64,000 bases of DNA, taken from positions 4,426-68,425 of the forward strand of contig CAIQQJ010000043.1 in the NCBI GenBank assembly GCA_903873905.1, written 5' to 3'. The position numbers and the translations under genes were made by a program. This DNA is from an uncultured Flavobacteriales bacterium. GTDB lineage: Bacteria; Bacteroidota; Bacteroidia; Palsa-965. The notes under the pieces were generated by a model. That model did not search any database and was not told where the DNA came from. It worked only from the letters and a program-made list of their open reading frames with translations. Every line of letters begins with the position of its first letter. Positions within the stretch are counted from its first letter, which is position 1. This document shows, in pieces, positions 28,744-37,511 of this stretch.

Positions 28744-29292
28744 CTAAAATTCTTCTTTTGCGAATAATTTTTCTGCTGCGTCAACAATTTTCACGTAGCC
28801 GGTGCATCTGCATAAATTTCCCTCCAGAAATTTCTTTATTTCATCTCTTGTTGGAAAGTCATTTCTGATTTCTCCAGGAACATGATGTGAATTTTCAAAA
28901 TGATTCACCATCGCTTTTATTGACATGGCCATTCCTGAAGTACAAAAACCACATTGTACAGCCCCATTATTTACCAATGATTCCTGAACTGGATGAAGCG
29001 ATCCGTCATGATTTGTCAAGCCTTCAATCGTTGTAATATTTTTCCCATTCGCATTCACGGCGAGAAACAAACAGGAATTGACTGGTGCATCATTTACCAA
29101 AACTGTACAAGCGCCACATTCCCCTTCGTGACAACCAGGTTTTGTGCCTTTCAATTCAAACACATCACGAATCAAATCAAGCAAAATCGTGGATGCTTTT
29201 ATTTTGCATGAAACCTGTTTCTCGTTCAAAGTGAAAGAGATTTCATGAAGCACTTCGATTTTTGGTTTGTTTTTTTTCAATTGCTTTTTCAT
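28744..29292 (-). CDS. molybdenum hydroxylase small subunit, 2x[2Fe-2S]
   Basis: 182 aa. 'CHEGECGACTV', 'CGFCTSGM' and 'NLCRCTGY'. Confidence 0.9.
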   Translation of the reverse strand: MKKQLKKNKPKIEVLHEISFTLNEKQVSCKIKASTILLDLIRDVFELKGTKPGCHEGECGACTVLVNDAPVNSCLFLAVNANGKNITTIEGLTNHDGSLHPVQESLVNNGAVQCGFCTSGMAMSIKAMVNHFENSHHVPGEIRNDFPTRDEIKKFLEGNLCRCTGYVKIVDAAEKLFAKEEF

Positions 29293-29300
29293 AACCTATT

Positions 29301-29897
29301 TTATGCTGATTGCTTTTTCAATTCAAATTCCACACCGAGCTTAAAAGCCTTCACTGTTTTTTCCTTATGGTAAGCTGTAACCGTATTGATAATTGCTTCC
29401 TCAATTTTATTTGCTTCAAATGGAAAATCCTTCATTCGCGTTGCCCTACCCAATAAGAAAACATTGAAGAGAACGGCGTCAATTCCTTCTGGGAATTTTT
29501 CGATAAACACAACTTCCTTGCATTGTTCCCCCAAATATTTCGCAAAGGAATTGATATCCGGATATTCTGCCATTTGTGCATTAACAGAATAAGGTTGCAC
29601 ACGATAATTACCAAAAATCACACAACTGTTCTTGTGCAAATAAGAAAGACATCTTTGCGTTTCAAGTGGCTCCAAACCGATTAACAAATCAATTCCGGCT
29701 GTTCCATAAAATCCAGTTGTGTGTTCTCCCAATCCAATTCCGGAAGTCACAACACCACCACGTTGGGATAGTCCATGAATTTCACTCACGCTAACAGGAA
29801 TATTTGAAAGCATTGCAGCTTCTACAATAATATTGCTCAGGTAAACAATTCCTTGTCCACCAACTCCTGCAATCAATATTTTTTTACAAACCAACAT
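29301..29897 (-). CDS. iorB: indolepyruvate:ferredoxin oxidoreductase beta subunit
   Basis: 198 aa. 'ILIAGVGGQGIVYLSNII', a POR gamma-type domain, 2 nt downstream of the iorA-like gene. Confidence 0.8.
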   Translation of the reverse strand: MLVCKKILIAGVGGQGIVYLSNIIVEAAMLSNIPVSVSEIHGLSQRGGVVTSGIGLGEHTTGFYGTAGIDLLIGLEPLETQRCLSYLHKNSCVIFGNYRVQPYSVNAQMAEYPDINSFAKYLGEQCKEVVFIEKFPEGIDAVLFNVFLLGRATRMKDFPFEANKIEEAIINTVTAYHKEKTVKAFKLGVEFELKKQSA

Positions 29898-29899
29898 GC

Positions 29900-32800
29900 T
29901 TATATTATTTCTTCTGGTTCCAACTCTTCTTCTTCAATTACCTCAAAACGAATTGCATTATTCGGACAAACATCAATGCACAATCCACATAAATTGCATC
30001 GCGACATATCAATTTGAACTTTTCCATTCACTTTCACCATTGCAGGACAACCGAAATTGTCAATGCAATGATTGCACTTCTGACACGACTGAAAAAGATT
30101 ATATCGTTCAATTTCAACTTGAATGTCATCATCAACAATAGCTTTTCTCAAATGAAGCGTTGGTGCAGGATTTGTATTCAAACGCTCCAAGGCCATTTCA
30201 CCTTCATAAGCATATTTATAATTCTCCAATGATTTCCGAACAGCGACAACTGCTTTCTTTCCTGATGCAATGGCACCTATCACACTCATATTGTTTCCTG
30301 AACTGATGTCACCAGCAACAAATACATTTTCGTATCCAGTAAATGAATTTTCACTTTTCACTCTTTGATTTTCATCAATTTGAATTTGTGCAAATAAACT
30401 TGGATCAGTAGTTTGTCCAATAGCAGTGATAATAAAATCACATTTGATATTTTGCAGGAATGTTTTCTTTTCGTGTGAATGAAGAACTACATTCAATTCA
30501 CCGTCTTTTCCAACAGAACAAGTCTCAACAAAACTATCGTGAATGAATTCAATATCCTCTTCGGAGGCATGTTTCACCTCTTCGGCAAAGGCAGGCATTG
30601 TACTTTCTGTTTCAATACAGGAAACAATGATTTTATTCAATACATTCAACTTTTTCGCTGAACGAGCCGTATCAATTGCACTGTTACCACCACCAATAAC
30701 CAAAACCGTGGAACCTGGTTTGATGATTTCCTCCTTGAGATTAAAAGATTTCAGGAAAGAAAGTGCATCTGTTCTTTTTGCTGATGGAATTGTAGAATCA
30801 ATCAAATCAATTGTTTTCGATTTATTCATTCCGATTGAAAGAATGACTGAATCGAATTCTTTTGCTAATTTCTCCAATGAGATTTCTTTTCCAAGTGAGG
30901 TATTGAATTGGAATTTCACTCCCATTTCCTCCAATTGCATGGCTTCGTAATCATATCCCGTTTTATCCATTCGGAAATCCGGAATTGCAAATGTTACCAT
31001 TCCACCAGCCTTATTCTCTTTTTCAAAAATGGTCACCTCATATCCGTTTTGAACCAAATCGTAAGCAGCACTCAAACCTGCAGGACCAGCACCGACAACA
31101 GCAATTGTTTTATTTTTCTTCACAGCATTTTTCACCCTTTTCATAGGAATAGAAAAATCGCGGAAATTCTGATCGATTTCAGCAACCAAATGCTTCAATT
31201 TCTTGATTGGCACAACACTATTCTCATTTGAGAAAAGTTCACATGGTCGATGACAAATTGCGCCACAAGTTCTTGCAAACAACATTTTATCGCGAACAAT
31301 CTCCACTGCAGATTTGTAATCACCTTCTAAAATGGAATTGAAAAAACCATGATTGCAAATATTTGCCGGACAAAGCTGTTCATCACCAGGAATGGAAATT
31401 TCCGCAATGAGTTTGGCTTTTGCTCTTGATAAATTATTTTTTGGAGCGTAACAACGTGAACAGGCCAAAGAAACATCTTCATGGTTAGCGCAGGAATTAC
31501 AAAGATTCGGATCAACAACGATTTGCATTTTCTTGTCGATCTTGTCCTTAAAATCAGGAAGGAAAATGCAAGGTGCTTTTGCTATTACCACAGAAACGCC
31601 AGTGTACTCCATTGCACCGTTCAGTTTCTTGAAACTTTCACGAATATCAAACGGATTGATTACTTCTAACTTCTCAATGCCCAATCCTTTCAAAAGGGAA
31701 TAAATGTCTATTTCATGATATTTTGGAAGACGTGAAGCACCTGGATGAGCTTGATGTCCTGTCATTCCTGTTGTGCGGTTGTCAAATATTACAACCAGTA
31801 TATTTGCGCGTGTATAAACGGCGTTCACCAAAGCGGAAAGTCCAGAATGGAAAAAGGTTCCATCTCCAACCAAAGCGACAACTTTTTTACCTTTTTCGGA
31901 AGAATTAAAAGATTCATACAATCCTTGAGCCATGGAAATACTCATGCCCATGTGATTGATGGTATCCAGCATTTTTAAAGGAGGCAATGCGCCCAAACCA
32001 AAGCAACCGATATCACCACACAAAATCAATTCACTCTGTTCACGAGGAATCGCAAGTTTCAGCAAATAAAATGTTGCGCGGTGTGGACAACCTGCACATA
32101 ATGCCGGAGGACGAGGTGGAAGATTCTGAAGATACTTTTCAAAATTGTCAAGTGGAATATTTTCATTCTTGTTGAATGGAACTTCCAAATATTCTTCCAA
32201 CACTTTTTTCAATAAGTCAATGGAAAATTCACCTGTTGAAAGCAAACCTGAAAAACCTTTTCCCAAAATGGTTAAATTCAAATTATTCTTTTGGGCAATT
32301 ATCCTAATGCAATTCTCAAGTAATGGATCAAGCTCTTCAAGCACCAATACTTTCTCAAATCCTTTTTTCAAAAATGCCAAAACTTCACTCTCCGGAAATG
32401 GGTGAATCATCCCAAGGTCAAGCACACAAACTTTCTCAGTGAAATCATTTTGATGAAGCAGCTCCGTAATATAGGAAGTTGCAACACCACTACTGATGAT
32501 GCCAAGTTTTGTTTTGTTACTGTTTAAAACAACTTTGGTATTCTGATTCAATAAGGCAAGCACACTTTCAGTTTTCAATTTATCAAGCAGGCGTGTGTGA
32601 GCGGCAGCAGTGCGTGCAGGAATATTGATGTGTTCCGGCAAACGATCAAAGTTTGCAATGCGATTTTCGTTGTTGATATTTCCATACGTCACAATTCCAC
32701 GAGTATGAGAAACGCGCGTGGTAGTACGAACGATGACTGGTAATTTTATTTTTCCAGAAAGTACAAACGCTTCCTTGATCATTTCAAATGCATCGGCAGG

Positions 32801-33295
32801 AGTAGCAGGATTAAACATCGGCACAGATGCCAACGGTCCCCAATAGCGGGAATCCTGTTCATTCGAGCTGGAGTGACAACCTGGATCATCACAAACGACA
32901 ATTACCAAGGGTGCGCCAATCGTTTGGTATGTAACGGACATCAATGCATCACTGGCCACATTCATTCCAACATTTTTCATTACGCAAAGTGCACTTCTGT
33001 TTCCTATAGAAAATGCAATTGCTTTTTCAAGCGCAATTTTTTCGTTGATGCTGAATTCAAAATAGACAGGATCAACAGTGAGTTCAGGATATTTTTCCTG
33101 ATTGCTAGGGCTGTTTTGAAAATTATTAATGTGATTGAAAATTTCTGAAATTTCAGTTGAAGGAGTTCCCGGATAAGCAAATACTCCATTCACACCCGCT
33201 TCAAGAGCGGCACGCGCTATTCCCTCATTACCCATCACACATGTTTTATGTGGAGAAGCATGTGGTCTTAATATATTGATAGTGCGTTGAATCAT
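29900..33295 (-). CDS. iorA: indolepyruvate:ferredoxin oxidoreductase alpha subunit with an inserted GltD/NfnB-like NAD(P)H-FAD module
   Basis: 1131 aa. N-terminal IorA core ('GNEGIARAALEAG', TPP box 'GDGTFFHSGLSALVNAV'). Then 'CPANICNHGFF...ARTCGAICHRPCE', 'IAVVGAGPAGLSAAYDL', 'VLVIGGGNSAIDTARSA' and 'VFVAGD' (glutamate synthase small-chain type). Then the 2x[4Fe-4S] 'CQKCNHCIDNFGCP ... CNLCGLCIDVCP'. Confidence 0.85.
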   Translation of the reverse strand: MIQRTINILRPHASPHKTCVMGNEGIARAALEAGVNGVFAYPGTPSTEISEIFNHINNFQNSPSNQEKYPELTVDPVYFEFSINEKIALEKAIAFSIGNRSALCVMKNVGMNVASDALMSVTYQTIGAPLVIVVCDDPGCHSSSNEQDSRYWGPLASVPMFNPATPADAFEMIKEAFVLSGKIKLPVIVRTTTRVSHTRGIVTYGNINNENRIANFDRLPEHINIPARTAAAHTRLLDKLKTESVLALLNQNTKVVLNSNKTKLGIISSGVATSYITELLHQNDFTEKVCVLDLGMIHPFPESEVLAFLKKGFEKVLVLEELDPLLENCIRIIAQKNNLNLTILGKGFSGLLSTGEFSIDLLKKVLEEYLEVPFNKNENIPLDNFEKYLQNLPPRPPALCAGCPHRATFYLLKLAIPREQSELILCGDIGCFGLGALPPLKMLDTINHMGMSISMAQGLYESFNSSEKGKKVVALVGDGTFFHSGLSALVNAVYTRANILVVIFDNRTTGMTGHQAHPGASRLPKYHEIDIYSLLKGLGIEKLEVINPFDIRESFKKLNGAMEYTGVSVVIAKAPCIFLPDFKDKIDKKMQIVVDPNLCNSCANHEDVSLACSRCYAPKNNLSRAKAKLIAEISIPGDEQLCPANICNHGFFNSILEGDYKSAVEIVRDKMLFARTCGAICHRPCELFSNENSVVPIKKLKHLVAEIDQNFRDFSIPMKRVKNAVKKNKTIAVVGAGPAGLSAAYDLVQNGYEVTIFEKENKAGGMVTFAIPDFRMDKTGYDYEAMQLEEMGVKFQFNTSLGKEISLEKLAKEFDSVILSIGMNKSKTIDLIDSTIPSAKRTDALSFLKSFNLKEEIIKPGSTVLVIGGGNSAIDTARSAKKLNVLNKIIVSCIETESTMPAFAEEVKHASEEDIEFIHDSFVETCSVGKDGELNVVLHSHEKKTFLQNIKCDFIITAIGQTTDPSLFAQIQIDENQRVKSENSFTGYENVFVAGDISSGNNMSVIGAIASGKKAVVAVRKSLENYKYAYEGEMALERLNTNPAPTLHLRKAIVDDDIQVEIERYNLFQSCQKCNHCIDNFGCPAMVKVNGKVQIDMSRCNLCGLCIDVCPNNAIRFEVIEEEELEPEEII

Positions 33296-33297
33296 AA

Positions 33298-34503
33298 TTA
33301 TATCACATTTTCATTTTTCATATTTACAATTTCCGCTTCTGTAAATCCCGCTTCTGTAAAAATTTTTGTGTTCTGTTCACCGAGATGTGGTGCACAAGAC
33401 AACGTATTATTGTTGTTCTTAAGAAAATCAGTTTCTGTAGATGAAGGAAAAAGAGAAACGGCTTTTCCATTCGGCAATACTGTTTTCAGTAATTCCTTGG
33501 AAACAAATTCAAGAGAAGCAACATCCTTAATAGTGCTTACGGGAGAAACGGAAAGATTGATGGTCAAACACAAATCAAGAAATTCTTTTGTTGTGAATTT
33601 TTTTGTTTGCTCTTCAATTTCCATATAAATATTTTCCTTGTCATCCATTCTTCCCTGATTTGTTTTGCGCTCTGGTTTTTCAAGCGTTTCAAATCCTATC
33701 AGTGAAGTGAATTTTGCCCATTGAGAATCATTTCCTATTGCGAGATAAACCATTTTATCCTTTGTAGGATAGACATTGCATGGGATAAAACTTCTGTGTT
33801 CATTTCCACTTCTTGTGAATAATTCACTTTCGCTTTTCACAAATTCCAATTGCGGCAAAGCGGTAATCAACCAACTCGCTGCACATTGTGCCATGGAAAT
33901 ATGAATTTCTTTTCCATTTGGATTTTTCTCCAACATGGCAAGAAGCACCTGTGTAAAAGCTTCATCACCTGCTTTCAGATCAATGATTGGAATTCCACAT
34001 GGAACAGGTTTACCATTTGTTTCTCCAGTCAAAAAAGTATAACCCATCAATGCTTGCAATGCAGGATCATACCCAGCGCGATCAGGATATTCCGGACCCA
34101 TCGCAGAAATTCCACACCAAATAAGATTTGGATTGGCCTCTCTCAAACTTTCAAAATCAATTCCAAGTTGTTTGTAACGCTTAGGCAATGTGTTGCACAA
34201 AAACACATCCACCTTCAAATCGCGAATTACTTTTTTCAGAAGTTCTTGTCCTTCTTTCTTTTTCAAATTTATTGTAATCGCTTCCTTACCAATATTTGGA
34301 GCGATGTAATAGGAATGCAAATCATTATAACCCAAATCCGCGCCGATATAACGATTGGGATCTCCCGCATTTCCCCCACCCTCTTCAGCAGGAGTTTCCA
34401 AACGAATCACGCGCCATCCTTGATGCACCATCCGTTCGGTGGCAAAAGGAAGAGCGAGCGCTTGCTCCAAACTTAAGACGGTAATATTTTTTTTAGCTGA
34501 CAT
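33298..34503 (-). CDS. family III CoA-transferase (CaiB/BaiF type)
   Basis: 401 aa. N-terminal 'LSLEQALALPFATERMVHQGWRVIRLE' Rossmann-like start and a length typical of the family. Confidence 0.8.
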   Translation of the reverse strand: MSAKKNITVLSLEQALALPFATERMVHQGWRVIRLETPAEEGGGNAGDPNRYIGADLGYNDLHSYYIAPNIGKEAITINLKKKEGQELLKKVIRDLKVDVFLCNTLPKRYKQLGIDFESLREANPNLIWCGISAMGPEYPDRAGYDPALQALMGYTFLTGETNGKPVPCGIPIIDLKAGDEAFTQVLLAMLEKNPNGKEIHISMAQCAASWLITALPQLEFVKSESELFTRSGNEHRSFIPCNVYPTKDKMVYLAIGNDSQWAKFTSLIGFETLEKPERKTNQGRMDDKENIYMEIEEQTKKFTTKEFLDLCLTINLSVSPVSTIKDVASLEFVSKELLKTVLPNGKAVSLFPSSTETDFLKNNNNTLSCAPHLGEQNTKIFTEAGFTEAEIVNMKNENVI

Positions 34504-34505
34504 TT

Positions 34506-36143
34506 CTATTTAAAAAAAATTGGTTCCTTGAATTCTCCGTAAACTTCTTTCATTGCCCTTACAATTTCACCGACAGTGCAATATTCTTTTACTGCTGCAA
34601 TAATTGAAGGCATAAGGTTTTTGTCATCTTGAGCGTCCTTTTTAATTGTGGCCAAACACTCAAGAACTTTTTGATTATTTCTTGTTGATTTTATTTTCTT
34701 GAGTTTTTCAATTTGATCATCAGCAGCTTTCTGATTGTAAGGATGGAATTCCACTTCCTTTGCTTTCTCTTCTCTGGTGAAAATATTCACTCCTACTTTA
34801 TCCACCTTTCCAGTTTGTACGCCCATTTCACGTTCATAAGCTTGTCGAGAAACAGATTCCTGAATTTTTCCGCTGGCAACAGCATTGACAATTCCATCCC
34901 ACTTCTCAACCGTTTTCATTTCATCCTTAATTGCCTTTTCAAAACGGTCGGTTAATGTTTCCACATAATAAGAACCACCTAAAGGATCGACCGTATCACA
35001 AATTCCCATTTCGTGAATCATGATCTGCATGGTGCGCAGAGAAATTTCAGCAGAATGTTCTGTTGGAATTGTATACGCTTCATCGTAACTGCACAATGCC
35101 ATTGTTTGTGTCCCTGACAATGCACTGATCAATGCATAATAGGCACTGCGAACTATATTATTTTCAGGTTGCTCTTTTGTTAATCCACCTCCACCGCCAC
35201 CGGCAATCATTCTCAACCAACAAGAGCTGTCTTTTTTTGCATGATATTCTTCGCGAATAATTTTTGCCCATAATCTTCTTCCACCTCTGAATTTTGCAAT
35301 TTGCTCAAAAAGATTTCCGTAAATATCAAAATTGAAAGAAAGTCGTGAAGCAAAATCATCAATATCAATTCCACGGCTTAAGGCACCATCGGTATACGCT
35401 TTAGCAATGCAAAATGCATAAGCCATTTCCTGAATAGGATTCGCGCCACTTTCTCTGATGTGATAACCGCATACACTCACTGGACTGTATTTTGGAACAT
35501 GCTTTGCACAATATTCAATCGTATCGACAACTAATTTCACAGATTTATCTACAGGAAAAATCCACGTTCCTCTGCCAATGAATTCTTTCAAAATATCATT
35601 TTGCGCAGTACCACGTAATTTTGAAATATCATAACCTTCTTTTTCCGCCATGGCAACATACATGGCGATCAAAATAATTGCTGTTCCATTAATGGTTAAT
35701 GAAACAGTAATTTTATCAAGGTCAATATTCTTAAATGCAATTTCAAAATCATTCAACGTATCCACCGTCATACCAACACGACCTACTTCACCAAAAGCCA
35801 TCGGATCATCTGAATCATAACCACATTGAGTTGGTAAATCAAAAGCAACGTTCAATCCTGACTGTCCATTATTTATCAAAAACTGAAACCTTTCATTCGT
35901 TTCTTCAGGTGATGCAAAACCTGCGTATTGTCGAATGGTAAAAGGTTTATTGCGATACATTGTTGGATGAATTCCTCTTGTGAAGGGATATTCTCCAGGC
36001 ATTTCATTTTTGATGTCAGAATTTTCAATATCGGATGCCGTATAAACTGGATTGACTTCCAAACCTGATTCGAGATAAACAGGTTTCACGTTTAAATCCT
36101 TTGCGGTTTTCCCTTTTGCGGAATTTATTTTTGTATCAGCCAT
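34506..36143 (-). CDS. B12-dependent acyl-CoA mutase, catalytic (large) subunit, methylmalonyl-CoA mutase-like
   Basis: 545 aa. 'PGEYPFTRGIHPTMYRNKPFTIRQYAGF', 'LNVAFDLPTQCGYDSD', 'NDILKEFIGRGTWIFP' and 'CGYHIRESG'. Confidence 0.85.
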   Translation of the reverse strand: MADTKINSAKGKTAKDLNVKPVYLESGLEVNPVYTASDIENSDIKNEMPGEYPFTRGIHPTMYRNKPFTIRQYAGFASPEETNERFQFLINNGQSGLNVAFDLPTQCGYDSDDPMAFGEVGRVGMTVDTLNDFEIAFKNIDLDKITVSLTINGTAIILIAMYVAMAEKEGYDISKLRGTAQNDILKEFIGRGTWIFPVDKSVKLVVDTIEYCAKHVPKYSPVSVCGYHIRESGANPIQEMAYAFCIAKAYTDGALSRGIDIDDFASRLSFNFDIYGNLFEQIAKFRGGRRLWAKIIREEYHAKKDSSCWLRMIAGGGGGGLTKEQPENNIVRSAYYALISALSGTQTMALCSYDEAYTIPTEHSAEISLRTMQIMIHEMGICDTVDPLGGSYYVETLTDRFEKAIKDEMKTVEKWDGIVNAVASGKIQESVSRQAYEREMGVQTGKVDKVGVNIFTREEKAKEVEFHPYNQKAADDQIEKLKKIKSTRNNQKVLECLATIKKDAQDDKNLMPSIIAAVKEYCTVGEIVRAMKEVYGEFKEPIFFK

Positions 36144-36166
36144 GACTTGTTTTTATAACTATTGAC

Positions 36167-36550
36167 TTAAGCAACCACTTTTATTGTATTAAAATACAAC
36201 ACCACATCAGCAACCTTGCTTCCTGTTGGAAATGCTTCCGACGCGCCCAACTTCTTTAATTCCTCAATGTCGTTTGCCGGAATATTCCCTCCGACAAACC
36301 AAGGAGTAGTCAGTTTTTTCCTATCCATCACTTCTTTCATTCTTCCAGAAAGTAAAAGATGAGTTCCCGATAAAATGGAAAGCCCAATGATGTCCACCTT
36401 GTTTTTTATAGCGATATCGACAATATCCTCAATGGATTTTCTCAGACCAGTATAAACAACTTCAAATCCTGCATCAATTAATCCGTGAGCCAAAACTTTA
36501 ACTCCAACATCGTGGCCATCAAGACCTGGTTTTGCCAATAAAACTTTCAT
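36167..36550 (-). CDS. B12-binding (small) subunit of the acyl-CoA mutase
   Basis: 127 aa. 'GLDGHDVGVKV' contains the DxHxxG cobalamin-binding motif. Confidence 0.85.
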   Translation of the reverse strand: MKVLLAKPGLDGHDVGVKVLAHGLIDAGFEVVYTGLRKSIEDIVDIAIKNKVDIIGLSILSGTHLLLSGRMKEVMDRKKLTTPWFVGGNIPANDIEELKKLGASEAFPTGSKVADVVLYFNTIKVVA

Positions 36551-36562
36551 AGTATAGAATAT

Positions 36563-37453
36563 TTATTTTTCAACTTTTTCCAACAAGGCTTCCCATTCTG
36601 TATCCACTTCTTTCTGATAGGAATTCATCAATTTTGTTGCATCTGTTTTAAACAAATGTGAAAAACGCCCTTGTTGTTTAAACAATTCACTTACTGCAAT
36701 TTTCTTTTTAGGAAAATGGGTGATTTCATAATCGCCATCTTCCGCTTCAAACAGCGGAAAATAATTTGTTTCCACTGCAAGTCGTGAAATTTCAATTGAC
36801 ATTTCAGGTGCATATTTATGACCTGGAGGGCAAGGGCTATCAATCATCAGAAAACGAAAACCAGATAATGATTTTGCCTTTTCTAATTTCTTTTTCAAAT
36901 CATCAAGAAATGCCAGAGAGGCGGTAGCAAAATAAGGAATCTTGTGAGCAGCAATTATTCCCATAAGATCTTTTGCATTCGAAGTTTTGCCAGAAGGATT
37001 TGTTGTTGTAATTGCACCCATTGGAGTTGCAGTGCTACTTTGAACACCCGTATTCATATAAGCACCATTATTGTTGCAGATATAAAGAATGTTTTCATTC
37101 CTTGCAGCGGCACCTGAAAGTGATTGCAAGCCAATGTCAAAAGTTCCTCCATCGCCGGCTAATACAACCACTGCAGATTTCTTTTTTCCTTGTCGGTCCA
37201 AGGAGTGCCGAACACCTGTTGCTGTTGCTGCTGCTGCTGCAAATAATGTATGCACAACAGTTCCTTTCAACATGTTCATTGGATAAGGCCCAGCGATAAT
37301 TGAAAAGCAGCATGCTGGGACAACATAAACCGTTTTTGTTCCCATCACATTTGAAATATGTCTTACGAGCAGCGACCATCCGCATCCGCGACAGCTCAAT
37401 GCACCACAAAAAACATTTTCTTCCTTTATCAAAAAATTACTTTCAGTTTTCAT
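36563..37453 (-). CDS. 2-oxoacid:ferredoxin oxidoreductase beta (TPP) subunit
   Basis: 296 aa. 'CRGCG' N-terminal Cys motif and 'LAGDGGTFDIGLQS' TPP box. Confidence 0.85.
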   Translation of the reverse strand: MKTESNFLIKEENVFCGALSCRGCGWSLLVRHISNVMGTKTVYVVPACCFSIIAGPYPMNMLKGTVVHTLFAAAAATATGVRHSLDRQGKKKSAVVVLAGDGGTFDIGLQSLSGAAARNENILYICNNNGAYMNTGVQSSTATPMGAITTTNPSGKTSNAKDLMGIIAAHKIPYFATASLAFLDDLKKKLEKAKSLSGFRFLMIDSPCPPGHKYAPEMSIEISRLAVETNYFPLFEAEDGDYEITHFPKKKIAVSELFKQQGRFSHLFKTDATKLMNSYQKEVDTEWEALLEKVEK

Positions 37454-37511
37454 TTTGCAAATGATTACAAGATTTATAAACTACTATTGCTCCAATTCGC
37501 TTTGGATTTCA

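Noticed and set aside
24671-29292. The idea that the Mo enzyme is 4-hydroxybenzoyl-CoA reductase, given the neighbouring OFORs and CoA chemistry.
   Set aside because: The FAD subunit (287 aa) shows no Cys-rich insertion that could bind the extra [4Fe-4S] cluster I recall for HcrB. No benzoyl-CoA reductase or ring-hydrolysis genes are seen. Only a phylogeny could settle it.
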